Origin: Promethearchaeota archaeon
Lineage (GTDB): Archaea; Asgardarchaeota; Heimdallarchaeia; Hodarchaeales; Hodarchaeaceae
Direction: 5' to 3'
DNA: 64,000 bases
Assembly: GCA_048938105.1 (NCBI GenBank)
Contig: JBHLMN010000008.1
Span: 174,138-238,137 of the forward strand
Positions 39,565-50,211 of the stretch are shown piece after piece. The notes beneath the pieces were generated by a model that was not told the DNA's origin, did no database searches, and worked only from the letters and a program-made list of their open reading frames with translations. Position 1 is the first letter of the stretch; each line of letters starts with the position of its first letter. Both the position numbers and the translations under genes were made by a program.

Positions 39565-40371
39565 TTATGAATAACTCTCCTTTCCTAGGTGTGCGATGGT
39601 TTCACGCATAAGAAAGGGAAGTAATCCACTTAAAAGATATACAGGAGTAAGTGGGACATAGAGAAGAATGATAAAGTTATCACGATCTAAGAAAGGCCAA
39701 AAAATTGAAATAAAAGCCAGACCAAGGAAAAAAACTGTTTCAATCATCAAGAAAAATGAAATCACCTTTAATTTCTTTGGCCAATCATGGATAATCATAT
39801 TCCTTGAACTATAACCAATGTTCAATTCTTGATTGGTCTGATATTTGTTAGCTAGATAAACAAAAGCAAGATAATAAATCAGTTCAAAGTGACCATCTAA
39901 AGTTCCGATGATTTTCGCTTCCAATGAATTGTAAGCTGGAGAGAGATCCTCGTAGGTAAATGGAATAAGCTTCGTTCTTTCTCCAATCGGTTGAAAGGGC
40001 CAAAAAAGGGTAACTCCGTCAAAGTAAAACATATCTAATGAGATGTGAATCACCATTCCCGCTATTAGACCAATAATAAATGAAAAATAGGTTGTGTGAG
40101 CACTTTCAAACCGTAAATTAGCAATATAGCCAATCACAAACACCATGAAAATAACCAGAAGACTGTGAGTCACTGAACGATGAAACCCAATAGATAACTC
40201 TTTATCTCTAGTAAGCAAGAAAATTAGAACACTTCCAAGGAGGTCTAGATCTGGTATCACAGAGCCAGCAGCTACTCCGATTCTGATATATTTGTGCTTT
40301 GGATCCAGCTTACTAGCAAGCCATAATCCTAATAACCCATGAAATCCAGTAGGAGCCATAATAAGGTTCAA
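39565..40371 (-). CDS. Membrane-bound metal-dependent hydrolase (YdjM family)
   Basis: H near the N-terminus, PDLD, HRSVTHS, HISLD, LFWPF. Confidence 0.82.
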   Translation of the reverse strand: MNLIMAPTGFHGLLGLWLASKLDPKHKYIRIGVAAGSVIPDLDLLGSVLIFLLTRDKELSIGFHRSVTHSLLVIFMVFVIGYIANLRFESAHTTYFSFIIGLIAGMVIHISLDMFYFDGVTLFWPFQPIGERTKLIPFTYEDLSPAYNSLEAKIIGTLDGHFELIYYLAFVYLANKYQTNQELNIGYSSRNMIIHDWPKKLKVISFFLMIETVFFLGLAFISIFWPFLDRDNFIILLYVPLTPVYLLSGLLPFLMRETIAHLGKESYS

Positions 40372-40523
40372 TCCAACATTTTTTCACAAGAAAATTGGTT
40401 TATGTATCCATCGGAGAATTTTACTAGTAACCTTAATTAAAAACGTGATATCTATCTCAATCAACCTATAGATTGATAAATTCCTATTAAGTCCTTATCT
40501 TAAAAATCTACGGAGAATTCTAA

Positions 40524-41276
40524 ATGACCATTAGAGCAACAGGTCGCGTAACCCGAGTCCTAAAGCAAGCAATTCCACATGGTTTTAGGGGAGTTTATAA
40601 AATTAATATTGTAGGATCCACTGGTGCTGGAAAAACTGAATTCCTCCGATGTTTGTTAGGTGATCTTTTTGAACCTTCCACAGATACTCGACGCCGTTCT
40701 AAAACTGAAAACCTAGTAGATGCAACACATACCTGGTTCCGCATCGGAAAAGAAAGAGAGGAATCAACAACTACTATCTCTCTAAATTCAGTTGGGATTT
40801 TACTTGTACGTACTCTATTTAACTCTATAGAATTTCATCCTATCAAAAAAGTTGATGAGTTACTGTTACGTGACGACATTGAGGAAATTTTGCAGTTTGT
40901 GTTTTTTGATAACGCTGGACAAGAGCGATTCGATTTTATGCCCCAAATTACAATGCGGGGGGCTGATGCTGTCATCGTTCTTGCAGATGGTACGAATATG
41001 GCAAGTATAGAAAAAATTTCTTATTTCTTAGAATTAACTCGAGAAGAAGAATATCGTGCGAGTGATGGAGTAAATCAAATTCCAGTGCTCATTCTTCTTA
41101 ATAAAAAGGATCTAATTGAGCGTGGTTGCTACATTGGTTTAGAAAGTGTTCGTCATATGATAGGTTCCGCAGAAGACTATGTTTTTTATGAAACCTCAAT
41201 GAAAACTGGTGAAGGAGTAGACGATACTATTCGATCTTTGATATCACGACTGTACGAAAAAAATCTTGAAAAGTAA
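40524..41276 (+). CDS. Ras-superfamily (Rab/Arf-like) small GTPase
   Basis: G1 GSTGAGKT, G3 DNAGQERF, G4 NKKD, G5 ETSMK.G.GV. Confidence 0.9.
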   Translation: MTIRATGRVTRVLKQAIPHGFRGVYKINIVGSTGAGKTEFLRCLLGDLFEPSTDTRRRSKTENLVDATHTWFRIGKEREESTTTISLNSVGILLVRTLFNSIEFHPIKKVDELLLRDDIEEILQFVFFDNAGQERFDFMPQITMRGADAVIVLADGTNMASIEKISYFLELTREEEYRASDGVNQIPVLILLNKKDLIERGCYIGLESVRHMIGSAEDYVFYETSMKTGEGVDDTIRSLISRLYEKNLEK

Positions 41277-41302
41277 TAAGATAATTCTTATTTATTAATA
41301 TT

Positions 41303-42508
41303 CTACTCTTTTCTCAATGCCTCTACTGGATCCAATTCAGCTGCTCGCCATGCAGGGTAGAAACCTGCTACCATTGAGAGTACGACTGATAGAACCCAAG
41401 TGAATACAAAGATATGTGGTTCAAAAATGGGAACCATCCCCCATCCTCCACCACCTGATACAAGTTCATTCATAATATGTCCTAGTATTACCCCAAGACC
41501 AAGCCCAATGGTTCCACCAATCACACCAATAATGAGAGCTTCATTCAGGAATAACACCAGAATTTGACGTTCTGTGTATCCTAATGCTTTCAAAGTTCCT
41601 ATTTCTTTTGTCCTTTCCATCATACTTGTATAAAGTGTGGTAATGATACCAACAGCTGCAACCCCTAACGACACAACTGCAATATTATTAACGAAATCTG
41701 CGACAGCAGTACTTATTTGGTTTACAATATCTGTTAATGTTTTAGGATTGAGGATTGAAACATCGTATCTATCATTTATTTGATCTCGAACTTGTCTATT
41801 TAGACTTTCATCCTCGGTAATTACATATAAGCCATCATATACTCCCCCACGATCAAAGAACGCGTTTGCTTCCCGTAAGGAAATAAAACACATATCATCA
41901 ACAGGAACCAACATACCAGAAGAACCAATATAATCCATCACTCCCCGAACATAAAATGACTTCTTAACCACTGTTGTTTTTCGTCCCTCACTCTTCTGGT
42001 ATTGAAGCTTGACTACATCCCCTACATTTGCGTAAGAATTTGGAGATTCTGGACGAACCAGTTCATTTCCAAGAATAACCCCGAAACTATCAGTTTCAGG
42101 AACAATTCCTCCCTCATAAAGAGCAAAAGTTGGAAAAATTAAAGGTAATTTGTTATTGTCAATTCCAACAACAATACTAGTCAAATCTTCTTGACCAGAG
42201 GCAGAAATTAAAATTCCACTTTGGATGAAAGGTATTACTTGAGAAATCCCACTAATTCGAGAAATATCTTCCACTTCAAAATTGGTGAGCTCCAAATCGC
42301 TTGATCGCGGGGATACAACAAGAATATTTGGATTTAATATTGCTAATTGCTTGTCAATATAGACTACTGTCCCCTTACTCATTCCATTCACTGCAATGAT
42401 AAGTGCACTCCCTATTAACACCATTATTATAGTCAAAGATGACCTCAATTTCCTATCGGTCAAAGCTTGCCAGCTCATTTGAAAGAATGAAGTCATTTTC
42501 CTCGTCAC
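41303..42508 (-). CDS. ABC transporter permease, MacB/FtsX family
   Basis: RSSLT..V.IG, ERTKEIGTLKALG, YPAWRAA.LDPVEALR. Confidence 0.92.
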   Translation of the reverse strand: MTRKMTSFFQMSWQALTDRKLRSSLTIIMVLIGSALIIAVNGMSKGTVVYIDKQLAILNPNILVVSPRSSDLELTNFEVEDISRISGISQVIPFIQSGILISASGQEDLTSIVVGIDNNKLPLIFPTFALYEGGIVPETDSFGVILGNELVRPESPNSYANVGDVVKLQYQKSEGRKTTVVKKSFYVRGVMDYIGSSGMLVPVDDMCFISLREANAFFDRGGVYDGLYVITEDESLNRQVRDQINDRYDVSILNPKTLTDIVNQISTAVADFVNNIAVVSLGVAAVGIITTLYTSMMERTKEIGTLKALGYTERQILVLFLNEALIIGVIGGTIGLGLGVILGHIMNELVSGGGGWGMVPIFEPHIFVFTWVLSVVLSMVAGFYPAWRAAELDPVEALRKE

Positions 42509-44064
42509 TTTACTGATTTTCGGCGGAATAATATAAAACCAATCGCTAGGAGGGTACCTCCACCCAATAATAGTGTGAATCCTGACCCAATGATTAGAGA
42601 ATACAAATCGATACCAACAGAGGTACTTGTCGTCTGAGAAAGACTTTCAATAGTAATTGTGAAGGATATTAGTAATTTAAAGACGTTTAATAGGTCATTC
42701 TGGTAATAAACAACACAGTTTATCTGATGCTCTCCAAGTGGAGCGGAAGAATTAATGATTCCACTCACGGAAAATGGGAGAGGGCTATTTGGTTCTAACT
42801 CTCCAAGATAATTTTTACTAGTTGCTGTTTCAAGAAGAATATTATTCTTGGATTGCAGGGAAGCATTAACAAATAAGGCATTTGTGTTACCTGTATTAAG
42901 GAGAGTAGCTGAAATTACCACATTTCCGCCCTGATTAACTGATGTTACAGAAATATCAGAAGAGAAGACCGATACTTTGACTAAGCCATGAATGATAACT
43001 CCTTTTGCTATTGTTTCATAATAGATTGTTCCATGTTTATCAGTAAATTGTATTGTGAATAATACAGACCCTGTATTCCCTATTGCGACTTGAGGGGTGA
43101 AAATTTTCGTAGAAAGAACTATTGAATCATCTTCTGTGACATTAAGAAAGCTCCAGCTTGAATTACCTTGAATTATTAACGGGGATGGAATCTGTAGACC
43201 GACTCCAACTCTTCCCTTCCATAAGTTGTTCGTAATCGTTGCATTGAATTCAGAAGTTATACCAGCTTTTAAATATTGGCTACTAATATCAATCGAGGTT
43301 TCACTTGGAACTTCAGTTTCAATTAACCAAGACCGTGAAATTGTAGTGTTTTCATCGGAAATAAAGACTACTACATCTTGAACACCGACATTTTCTTGAG
43401 ACATGAACAAAAAAGAAGGTTCTGTGATGTTAGCTGGGATATTATCAACCTCCCATGAGTATTCTAATGAATCATTATCTCTATCGCTACATAATATAGA
43501 AAAATTGATTTCTTCCCTGGGTTCAACAACAATGGTGTCTGCAGTAGGTCTTAACCAATCTATTTCAGGTGGAGTATTTGGAATTTTCAATTCCACGGGT
43601 AGTGTAGCGTATGAAATTGAGGAGAGGTCACCACCCGATTTGGTGAAGTAAGACAGTTCTAAATCAGCAAAATAAGATCCTTTTGCTGCCCCATCCGCTA
43701 TATCTAACGCGAAAGATAGTAGAAACGGTTCCCCAGATAAAACTACGAATTGACTTAAGTTAAAATAATAGCTTAATGATTCTCCATAAGCAGTGGCATT
43801 TTTGTCTCCATCTATTGCATCAGTAAATGGATATGAGAGCATTAAAACACCTAGAATTGCTGTTATGGTCTTATTATGGAGATTAGTTACTTGAAGCTGC
43901 ACTTCTGCAGATGTCCCAGGAGCCCTTGAACCAATCCAATCAACTAAATCTAAGCGAAATTTAGCTTCAGGTTGTGCTTGAACTTGAATGAAGTTCTTAG
44001 AAACCATTAAATTGGTTATTAAAACGATAATAACTATTATAATAATGACTTTAGCGTTCTTCAT
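42505..44064 (-). CDS. Extracellular COG1361/S-layer-like Ig-domain protein associated with the ABC exporter
   Basis: Signal peptide, beta-rich domains, LLNTGN..A, YLGELEPNS, C-terminal TM + RRK; overlaps the permease start. Confidence 0.7.
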   Translation of the reverse strand: MKNAKVIIIIVIIVLITNLMVSKNFIQVQAQPEAKFRLDLVDWIGSRAPGTSAEVQLQVTNLHNKTITAILGVLMLSYPFTDAIDGDKNATAYGESLSYYFNLSQFVVLSGEPFLLSFALDIADGAAKGSYFADLELSYFTKSGGDLSSISYATLPVELKIPNTPPEIDWLRPTADTIVVEPREEINFSILCSDRDNDSLEYSWEVDNIPANITEPSFLFMSQENVGVQDVVVFISDENTTISRSWLIETEVPSETSIDISSQYLKAGITSEFNATITNNLWKGRVGVGLQIPSPLIIQGNSSWSFLNVTEDDSIVLSTKIFTPQVAIGNTGSVLFTIQFTDKHGTIYYETIAKGVIIHGLVKVSVFSSDISVTSVNQGGNVVISATLLNTGNTNALFVNASLQSKNNILLETATSKNYLGELEPNSPLPFSVSGIINSSAPLGEHQINCVVYYQNDLLNVFKLLISFTITIESLSQTTSTSVGIDLYSLIIGSGFTLLLGGGTLLAIGFILFRRKSVK

Positions 44065-44075
44065 CAGTATGCCTC

Positions 44076-45209
44076 CTAAATACTCACATTTTCTTTAATA
44101 CCAACATTCTTACCATCTTTTAGAAAATAAATGCGATTGGTTAGGTTCGCCACTTCAGGATCATGAGTAACAACAACAATTGTAACTCCTAGATCCTGAT
44201 TGAGTTTCTGAAGAATTTCCATGACCACAGCTCCTGATTTACTATCAAGATTTCCTGTGGGCTCATCAGCTAATAGGATAGTTGGATCATTCATTAATGC
44301 TCGTGCAATAGCAACACGTTGTTGTTCTCCTCCGCTCAGTGTTCTAGGATACCGATTATATTTATCACCTAAACCCACACTTTCAAGCAGTCTCTTTGCT
44401 TTCTCTTTTCTTTTTTTTGCTCCAAGTGAAGTGACTAAAGCTGGTACTTCAACATTCTGACCAACAAAAGAACGTGAAATAAGATTATAAGATTGAAATA
44501 TGAACCCAATCTTTCGATTTCGTAACCAGGCAAGGCCTTCATTATCCAATTGAGAAATATCAACCCCATCAATGAAAATTTTCCCCTCAGTTGGACGATC
44601 CAATGCTCCTAAACAATTTAGTAAGGTACTTTTTCCTGATCCTGAGGGACCCATGATTGCTACAAAATCACCCCTTTTTATTTTTAAATGAACTCCTTGT
44701 AAAGCATTTACTTTCACTCCCTCACCTAAATCAAAAATCTTCTTTAATTCCCGAATTTCAATCGCAAGGTGGTTTTCCTTTTGAGAAGGTGTAATAAAAA
44801 AGTCTTCTCGAGTTTGTTGTGGTAGGAGAAGAGTCATCCCGCCAACAACTAGAACAGCTACCAATAGAATTTGCATTGTTATAGTAGGTAAAAGCAAAGG
44901 AACAATAGGATTGATCAACAAAGAAACACTTAGTAAGCCTAACTCCGTTAGTGTAGCAAATAAAGCGAACATAATATTGGTTCTTGAAGCAGTTAAGACC
45001 CCTAAAAGTCCTAGAATACCGAAAAAGACCATTATTATAGGAATAATCATTGAAAAGGGGTAATCTAATGTGATAAGAGCAGAGGTGAACATCCCAAACA
45101 TTTCTGCAAATGAGAAAAGAGTCATACTTATGAATAGGACAATAGAAATGTCCTCATGGATAGAAATAGATTGGGAATTCACTTCTTGTTCCATTTTCAG
45201 GTTTGACAT
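44076..45209 (-). CDS. ABC ATP-binding protein (LolD/MacB type) with fused N-terminal 4-TM region
   Basis: [38 protein letters not shown]; ~110-aa hydrophobic N-terminus. Confidence 0.9.
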   Translation of the reverse strand: MSNLKMEQEVNSQSISIHEDISIVLFISMTLFSFAEMFGMFTSALITLDYPFSMIIPIIMVFFGILGLLGVLTASRTNIMFALFATLTELGLLSVSLLINPIVPLLLPTITMQILLVAVLVVGGMTLLLPQQTREDFFITPSQKENHLAIEIRELKKIFDLGEGVKVNALQGVHLKIKRGDFVAIMGPSGSGKSTLLNCLGALDRPTEGKIFIDGVDISQLDNEGLAWLRNRKIGFIFQSYNLISRSFVGQNVEVPALVTSLGAKKRKEKAKRLLESVGLGDKYNRYPRTLSGGEQQRVAIARALMNDPTILLADEPTGNLDSKSGAVVMEILQKLNQDLGVTIVVVTHDPEVANLTNRIYFLKDGKNVGIKENVSI

Positions 45210-45259
45210 ATCTTTTACCGTTTAAACTCATAACTCTTTGTTAAGTTTAAGACTAAAGA

Positions 45260-46243
45260 TTATTTCGGTTCCTTATAATAGGGATGTTCAGCTTCAAAGA
45301 TGATTCTTCCTATTGTTTTTCGCAAATGGTAGTTCTCAGGATATATTTTAGCATTTTTTGACAGAGTAGGTTTTTGTCCAACTTGTCTTGAGAAAGTAAA
45401 TTTTGTTATTTCCTCTCCTGATCTATCAACGTGTTGTCTTAGAGTTTTAAGATTAGGAAAGTTGTTATTCTCATCAGGAACTCCCTTTAATCGATGATTC
45501 GCAATGTCAACATATTTCTTAACGATTTCACAACCAATAAATCTTCGATTGAAATCTCTAGCTACAATTGCAGTGGTTCCTGAGCCAATGAACGGGTCCA
45601 GTACAATATCATTTGGATCCGTCGTTGAAAGAATAATTCGAGCAACAAAATCTTCAGGAAATTGACAAGGATGTTCAGTTTGTTCTTCATGGTTGTGTTT
45701 GACATTTCTAAACGCCCAAACATCTCCAGGGTTCTTACCTCTTGGATCACTTGTAAACTTTCCATAATCTTTACATTTACGATAATTCTTTTTCTTGGGA
45801 TATATTTGAGGAACACGAATTTCATCCAAATGGAATTTGTAGGTTTCAGCCTTAGTAAACCAAAGAACAGTTTCATGACGATTAGAGAACTTATACTTAG
45901 CATGAGTCCCGTGTTGGCGAATCCAAACAATCCTATTTCTTGGAATAAAGCCTAAGTCAATAAAAATTGGAAAAAGCATAATGTCCCAAGGATAATGAGC
46001 ACCTTTATTACCAACATACGTTCCAACTTGATAAAAAATGGATCCTGTGTTTTTTAGTATCCTTTTACATTCATTCAATACATATTTTGACCATTTCAGG
46101 TAATCATCCAAAGGATATCTTTTTTCGTATTCCTTACCAATGTTGTAAGGTGGAGAAGTGATTATCAGATCAACATATTTCTCTGGGATCTTTTTGGAAA
46201 ATTTAAGAAAATCCTCATTATAGATTTTGTTAAAAATGACCAT
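45260..46243 (-). CDS. Beta-class DNA methyltransferase (SPPY; probably N4-cytosine), orphan
   Basis: TSPPYNIGKEYE, NPGDVW, HPCQFP, DPFIGSGTT, IGCE. Confidence 0.88.
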   Translation of the reverse strand: MVIFNKIYNEDFLKFSKKIPEKYVDLIITSPPYNIGKEYEKRYPLDDYLKWSKYVLNECKRILKNTGSIFYQVGTYVGNKGAHYPWDIMLFPIFIDLGFIPRNRIVWIRQHGTHAKYKFSNRHETVLWFTKAETYKFHLDEIRVPQIYPKKKNYRKCKDYGKFTSDPRGKNPGDVWAFRNVKHNHEEQTEHPCQFPEDFVARIILSTTDPNDIVLDPFIGSGTTAIVARDFNRRFIGCEIVKKYVDIANHRLKGVPDENNNFPNLKTLRQHVDRSGEEITKFTFSRQVGQKPTLSKNAKIYPENYHLRKTIGRIIFEAEHPYYKEPK

Positions 46244-46260
46244 GAGAAAATAATACCTCT

Positions 46261-48006
46261 TTATGGTTCTTCAGTCAAGTTGATTTCAATCCAATTACTA
46301 GTTATTTTTTCTATTCTTCCGAATCCTATTCTCTCAAGTTGGATTAAGTCAGCTTCATTAAATTCTAAAACGGATTTTTCTATATATCCGCTTCTTTGAA
46401 CTAATGAATGGGGATTAATGTCTTTCCCAATATATAAGGGACCAGGAATATTAATATCCATTTCAATACAATAATTAACTGGCACCCACTGGATTTTAGG
46501 AAAATTAAGTGACGGATTAGCATCATATCGTGCTTCTATAACATATTGGCCGCCTTTTAAATCCTTAATTTCATCAATGTGAATATTAACAAGATCTTTA
46601 AGTCTAATTATTTCTCCTAGAGATAAGATTTCTAGATCTCCTTGACTTATGTAAAAATTACCATCATAAGGAATTGTACGACTCCCAAGTTCATTTGATT
46701 TCGGGTGAAAATCAAGTTGTACTTCATTTTCATTTAATCCTGAAACTCTTAGGGTTATTGGATCTAAAACTGCAAAACATCTTTTAGCAATATTATCAAC
46801 CATTTTCCTATTTAAAGCAAGAAGTATTGACAAGTCTACCTCTGACTGTCCTGTACTTAATTGCATTTCAAAGGCTAATTGACGAATAGTTTCAGGAATA
46901 ATACCACGACGATGCATCCCAGAAAGAGTACTCAATCTGATATCGTTCCACTCTGATATAATCCCTTTCTCTATCAATTCTCTTATTTTTCTTTTTTGTA
47001 CAGGTATATCTGATATCCTAAGCCTTGAAAAATGAATGAATTTTGGTGATCTAAGCTTAAGGAGGTCTCTGATGTGATTTTGCAATGGTACTTTTTGAAC
47101 AAATTCTTCTGACCTTAAAACATGCGTAATCCCAAGTAATGAATCCTCTATTGAGACCGCGAAATCATATAAAGGCCAAACGCGATATTTATCACCTTGT
47201 AAGCAATGGGGTGATTCTATCACACGCATTATAGAAGGATCACGCATTGCTGCATTTATATGAGACATATCGATCTTCAGTCGAAGTGCTAAAACCCCTT
47301 CTGGACTATCTTCTAACATTCTTTCCCATAATTCCATGTTCTCAAAAGTTGATAGATCTCGATGATTACATTCTAATTTTTTGGCCCTACATTCCCGAAC
47401 TATTTTTACAGGGCAGCTGCATACATAAGCATTCCCTTCTTTAATTAATTGTTGGGCATATTTATAATAAATAGGTATCCTATCGGATTCATTAACTTCT
47501 TCATCCCATTGGATTCCCATATGACGATAATCATCACGAATTCTGTCATAATACTTCAGTTTAACCTTACGAGGATTAGTATCTTCAAATCGCAGAATTA
47601 ATTTTCCGTTATAACGTTTTGCATAATAATAATTGATGAAACCTGCATATCCATGTCCAATATGCAAATATCCACTTGGCTCTGGTGGTAATCTTGTACA
47701 CACTTTTCCTTCAATTGCTCCTTCGAGAGGAGGTAGTTCAGTCTTTTTTAATTTAATTTTTTTTTCTTTCTCAAAAATTTCTGGATATTTATCACGACAG
47801 GTTTGTTTTATTGTGTTAGCATCAAGTTTGTTAATTAAAGTAACTTTAGAAGCAACTAGCTTTGCCACTTCTTTCACTTGTCCCTTCAACTCTGGATATG
47901 CAGCAATAAGTGCTCCCATGACCGATCCCGTCTTCGCTTTGCCGTGAGTTAAGGCATTTTCGAATACAAATCTATCAATGATCTTTTCAAGATTCAAAAT
48001 TTCCAT
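46261..48006 (-). CDS. gltX: Glutamate--tRNA ligase (archaeal/eukaryal type)
   Basis: PPEPSGYLHIGH, RFEDTNP, CSC..C..C.H Zn site, GITHVLR, QLERIGF; archaeal N-terminal helical extension. Confidence 0.95.
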   Translation of the reverse strand: MEILNLEKIIDRFVFENALTHGKAKTGSVMGALIAAYPELKGQVKEVAKLVASKVTLINKLDANTIKQTCRDKYPEIFEKEKKIKLKKTELPPLEGAIEGKVCTRLPPEPSGYLHIGHGYAGFINYYYAKRYNGKLILRFEDTNPRKVKLKYYDRIRDDYRHMGIQWDEEVNESDRIPIYYKYAQQLIKEGNAYVCSCPVKIVRECRAKKLECNHRDLSTFENMELWERMLEDSPEGVLALRLKIDMSHINAAMRDPSIMRVIESPHCLQGDKYRVWPLYDFAVSIEDSLLGITHVLRSEEFVQKVPLQNHIRDLLKLRSPKFIHFSRLRISDIPVQKRKIRELIEKGIISEWNDIRLSTLSGMHRRGIIPETIRQLAFEMQLSTGQSEVDLSILLALNRKMVDNIAKRCFAVLDPITLRVSGLNENEVQLDFHPKSNELGSRTIPYDGNFYISQGDLEILSLGEIIRLKDLVNIHIDEIKDLKGGQYVIEARYDANPSLNFPKIQWVPVNYCIEMDINIPGPLYIGKDINPHSLVQRSGYIEKSVLEFNEADLIQLERIGFGRIEKITSNWIEINLTEEP

Positions 48007-48206
48007 ACCTCTTCACTAGATGGTGAGAATTCTAGTTCTCATAAAGTGTACTAAGAATTTAGCAGCTTCAATAAATTCATTGGAAGTATCAAGCTCTAAA
48101 TAAAGCTTATCAGAACGAATATGTAAATAGGGCGGTATTATAAATTTTATTAATTGCTAAGGATTTTTCCCCGAAATAGAGTGAATTTAGAGTTAGGGTT
48201 TGTAAT

Positions 48207-48911
48207 ATGCAGAAATTATCCCTTGAAGATATAATAAACGAAGATCTGGAAGAATTTAAGAATTGTCCAAAGTTTCATAATTGTGAGGATTGTGAAAAGC
48301 CAACCTGTGTCATGATAGTGGCAATTGCTGATTTTCCAACTAAAAATGGACATTTCAAAATTGTAGGATTTGTTAATAATAAAGATCGTGAAGAACACAT
48401 TGCAATAATTAAGGGTGATATTTTAAATAAAGAAGGTATATTAACACGTGTTCACTCTGCATGTTTGACTGGAGATGCCTTAGGGTCTTTAAGGTGCGAT
48501 TGTGGCCCCCAATTAATTCACTCTCTTAGTATGATTGAAAAAGAAAAGCTTGGAGTGGTACTCTATATGCAGCAAGAGGGGAGAGGGATAGGATTATTGA
48601 ATAAGCTTCGGGCATATGCATTACAAGATAATGGTTTCGATACATACGATGCAAATGTTGTCCTAGGCTTTGGACCTGACCAACGAGATTATGAGGTTGC
48701 TGGGGAGATGCTTTCTAAATTAGGGGTAAAAAGCATCAAGTTATTAACGAATAATCCAGAAAAAATCAAACAACTAGAGGCTTACATAGAAATCCTGGAA
48801 AGAATCCCAATTGAATTACCTCTAACCAAGTATAATCTTAATTATATGGAAACAAAAAAATTACGATTTGGTCACTATCTATCAGAACATATGAGAAAAA
48901 AATCTCCATGA
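48207..48911 (+). CDS. ribA: GTP cyclohydrolase II
   Basis: RVHSACLTGD, SLRCDCG, QEGRGIGL.NK, LLTNNPEK. Confidence 0.95.
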   Translation: MQKLSLEDIINEDLEEFKNCPKFHNCEDCEKPTCVMIVAIADFPTKNGHFKIVGFVNNKDREEHIAIIKGDILNKEGILTRVHSACLTGDALGSLRCDCGPQLIHSLSMIEKEKLGVVLYMQQEGRGIGLLNKLRAYALQDNGFDTYDANVVLGFGPDQRDYEVAGEMLSKLGVKSIKLLTNNPEKIKQLEAYIEILERIPIELPLTKYNLNYMETKKLRFGHYLSEHMRKKSP

Positions 48912-48947
48912 AAAAAGCAATTTGATTTAACAAGGAAAGGGGTTTCA

Positions 48948-50159
48948 TTGAGTCAAGCAAAACTACCAAAAGAAATTCAATTAGATATTATAAGAGAAAA
49001 ACATCGTCAATTACCATCAATAATGAAAGAAAGCGGAATTGACTGCTGGTTAATTTTTATTCGAGAAACTGAGGCCAATCCAGATCCAATCATGGATTTA
49101 ATTATTGGAGGAGATGTTGTGTGGGAATCAGCATTTATATTCAGTAATAATCATAATGGTTTTTCTAAGGTTGCTATTGTAGGAAATTTTGATGCACCAG
49201 CAGAGAGGAGAAAAGAGATCTGGGATAATGTCATAGCTTACAAGGAAGGGATCACAGAATCTCTAAGAGATTATATAAATGATATTAATCCTCAAAAAAT
49301 AGCCCTTAATTATTCTGAAGATGATGTGGTTTCCGATGGTCTTTCCCATGGCATGTTTTTAAAAATCTCAAGCATTTTGACGAATAAAAAGGAGCAATTT
49401 ATTACTGCAGCACCGATTATTCAGGCGGTCAGAGGAAGAAAAACTAAGACCGAAATAAAATTAATTACAGAGGCCTGTAAATTAACTGAGAAGATTAATC
49501 ACAGTATAACTTCGTTGTTAGAGCCTGGCATGTCTGAAACAGAGATTCAGAGACTATACCATGAGGAAATGGATCGGTTAGGAGTTACTGAAGCATGGCA
49601 AAGGATCTCCTGTCCTGCTATTGATGCAGGACCAGATAAAGAAATAGGGCATGTTGGTCCTTCCCCTGAACATTTTATAAAAAGAGGACACACTTTACAC
49701 AATGATTTCGGTATTAAATTACAAGGATACTGCTCTGATCTACAAAGAATGTGGTTTTTTGGTACAGAGATACCGATTGAGTTGAACCATGCTTTTGAAA
49801 CTGTGCGTGATGCTATCCTCAAAGCTGCTGATTTTATTAAGCCTGGTGTCACGGGGTATTCTGTAGACAGTATAGCGCGAGAATTTATAAAATCTCGGGG
49901 TTACAAAGAGTTTGCTCATGCATTGGGCCATCAGGTGGGGACAAAAGCGCATGATGGTGGGATTATATTGGGTCCACTTTGGGAGCGATATGGTGATACT
50001 CCTAAAGGCCTAGTTGAGGAAGGTAACGTCTTTACGCTTGAATTACATGTTACAACGAAAAATTATGGTACAGTGTCTTTGGAGGAAAATATTGTTATTA
50101 CAAAACATGATTGCAAGTTTCTTGTCCCTCCCCAAGAGAAATTCATATTACTTCCATAA
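48948..50159 (+). CDS. Xaa-Pro peptidase (M24 family)
   Basis: DFG...GYCSDLQR, HALGHQVG..HD, TLE, LEE. Confidence 0.9.
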   Translation: MSQAKLPKEIQLDIIREKHRQLPSIMKESGIDCWLIFIRETEANPDPIMDLIIGGDVVWESAFIFSNNHNGFSKVAIVGNFDAPAERRKEIWDNVIAYKEGITESLRDYINDINPQKIALNYSEDDVVSDGLSHGMFLKISSILTNKKEQFITAAPIIQAVRGRKTKTEIKLITEACKLTEKINHSITSLLEPGMSETEIQRLYHEEMDRLGVTEAWQRISCPAIDAGPDKEIGHVGPSPEHFIKRGHTLHNDFGIKLQGYCSDLQRMWFFGTEIPIELNHAFETVRDAILKAADFIKPGVTGYSVDSIAREFIKSRGYKEFAHALGHQVGTKAHDGGIILGPLWERYGDTPKGLVEEGNVFTLELHVTTKNYGTVSLEENIVITKHDCKFLVPPQEKFILLP

Positions 50160-50211
50160 GAGGACTATGAAATTCAAGGTGTAAAACTAAATCAGCCTAA
50201 TCGGTGATAAT

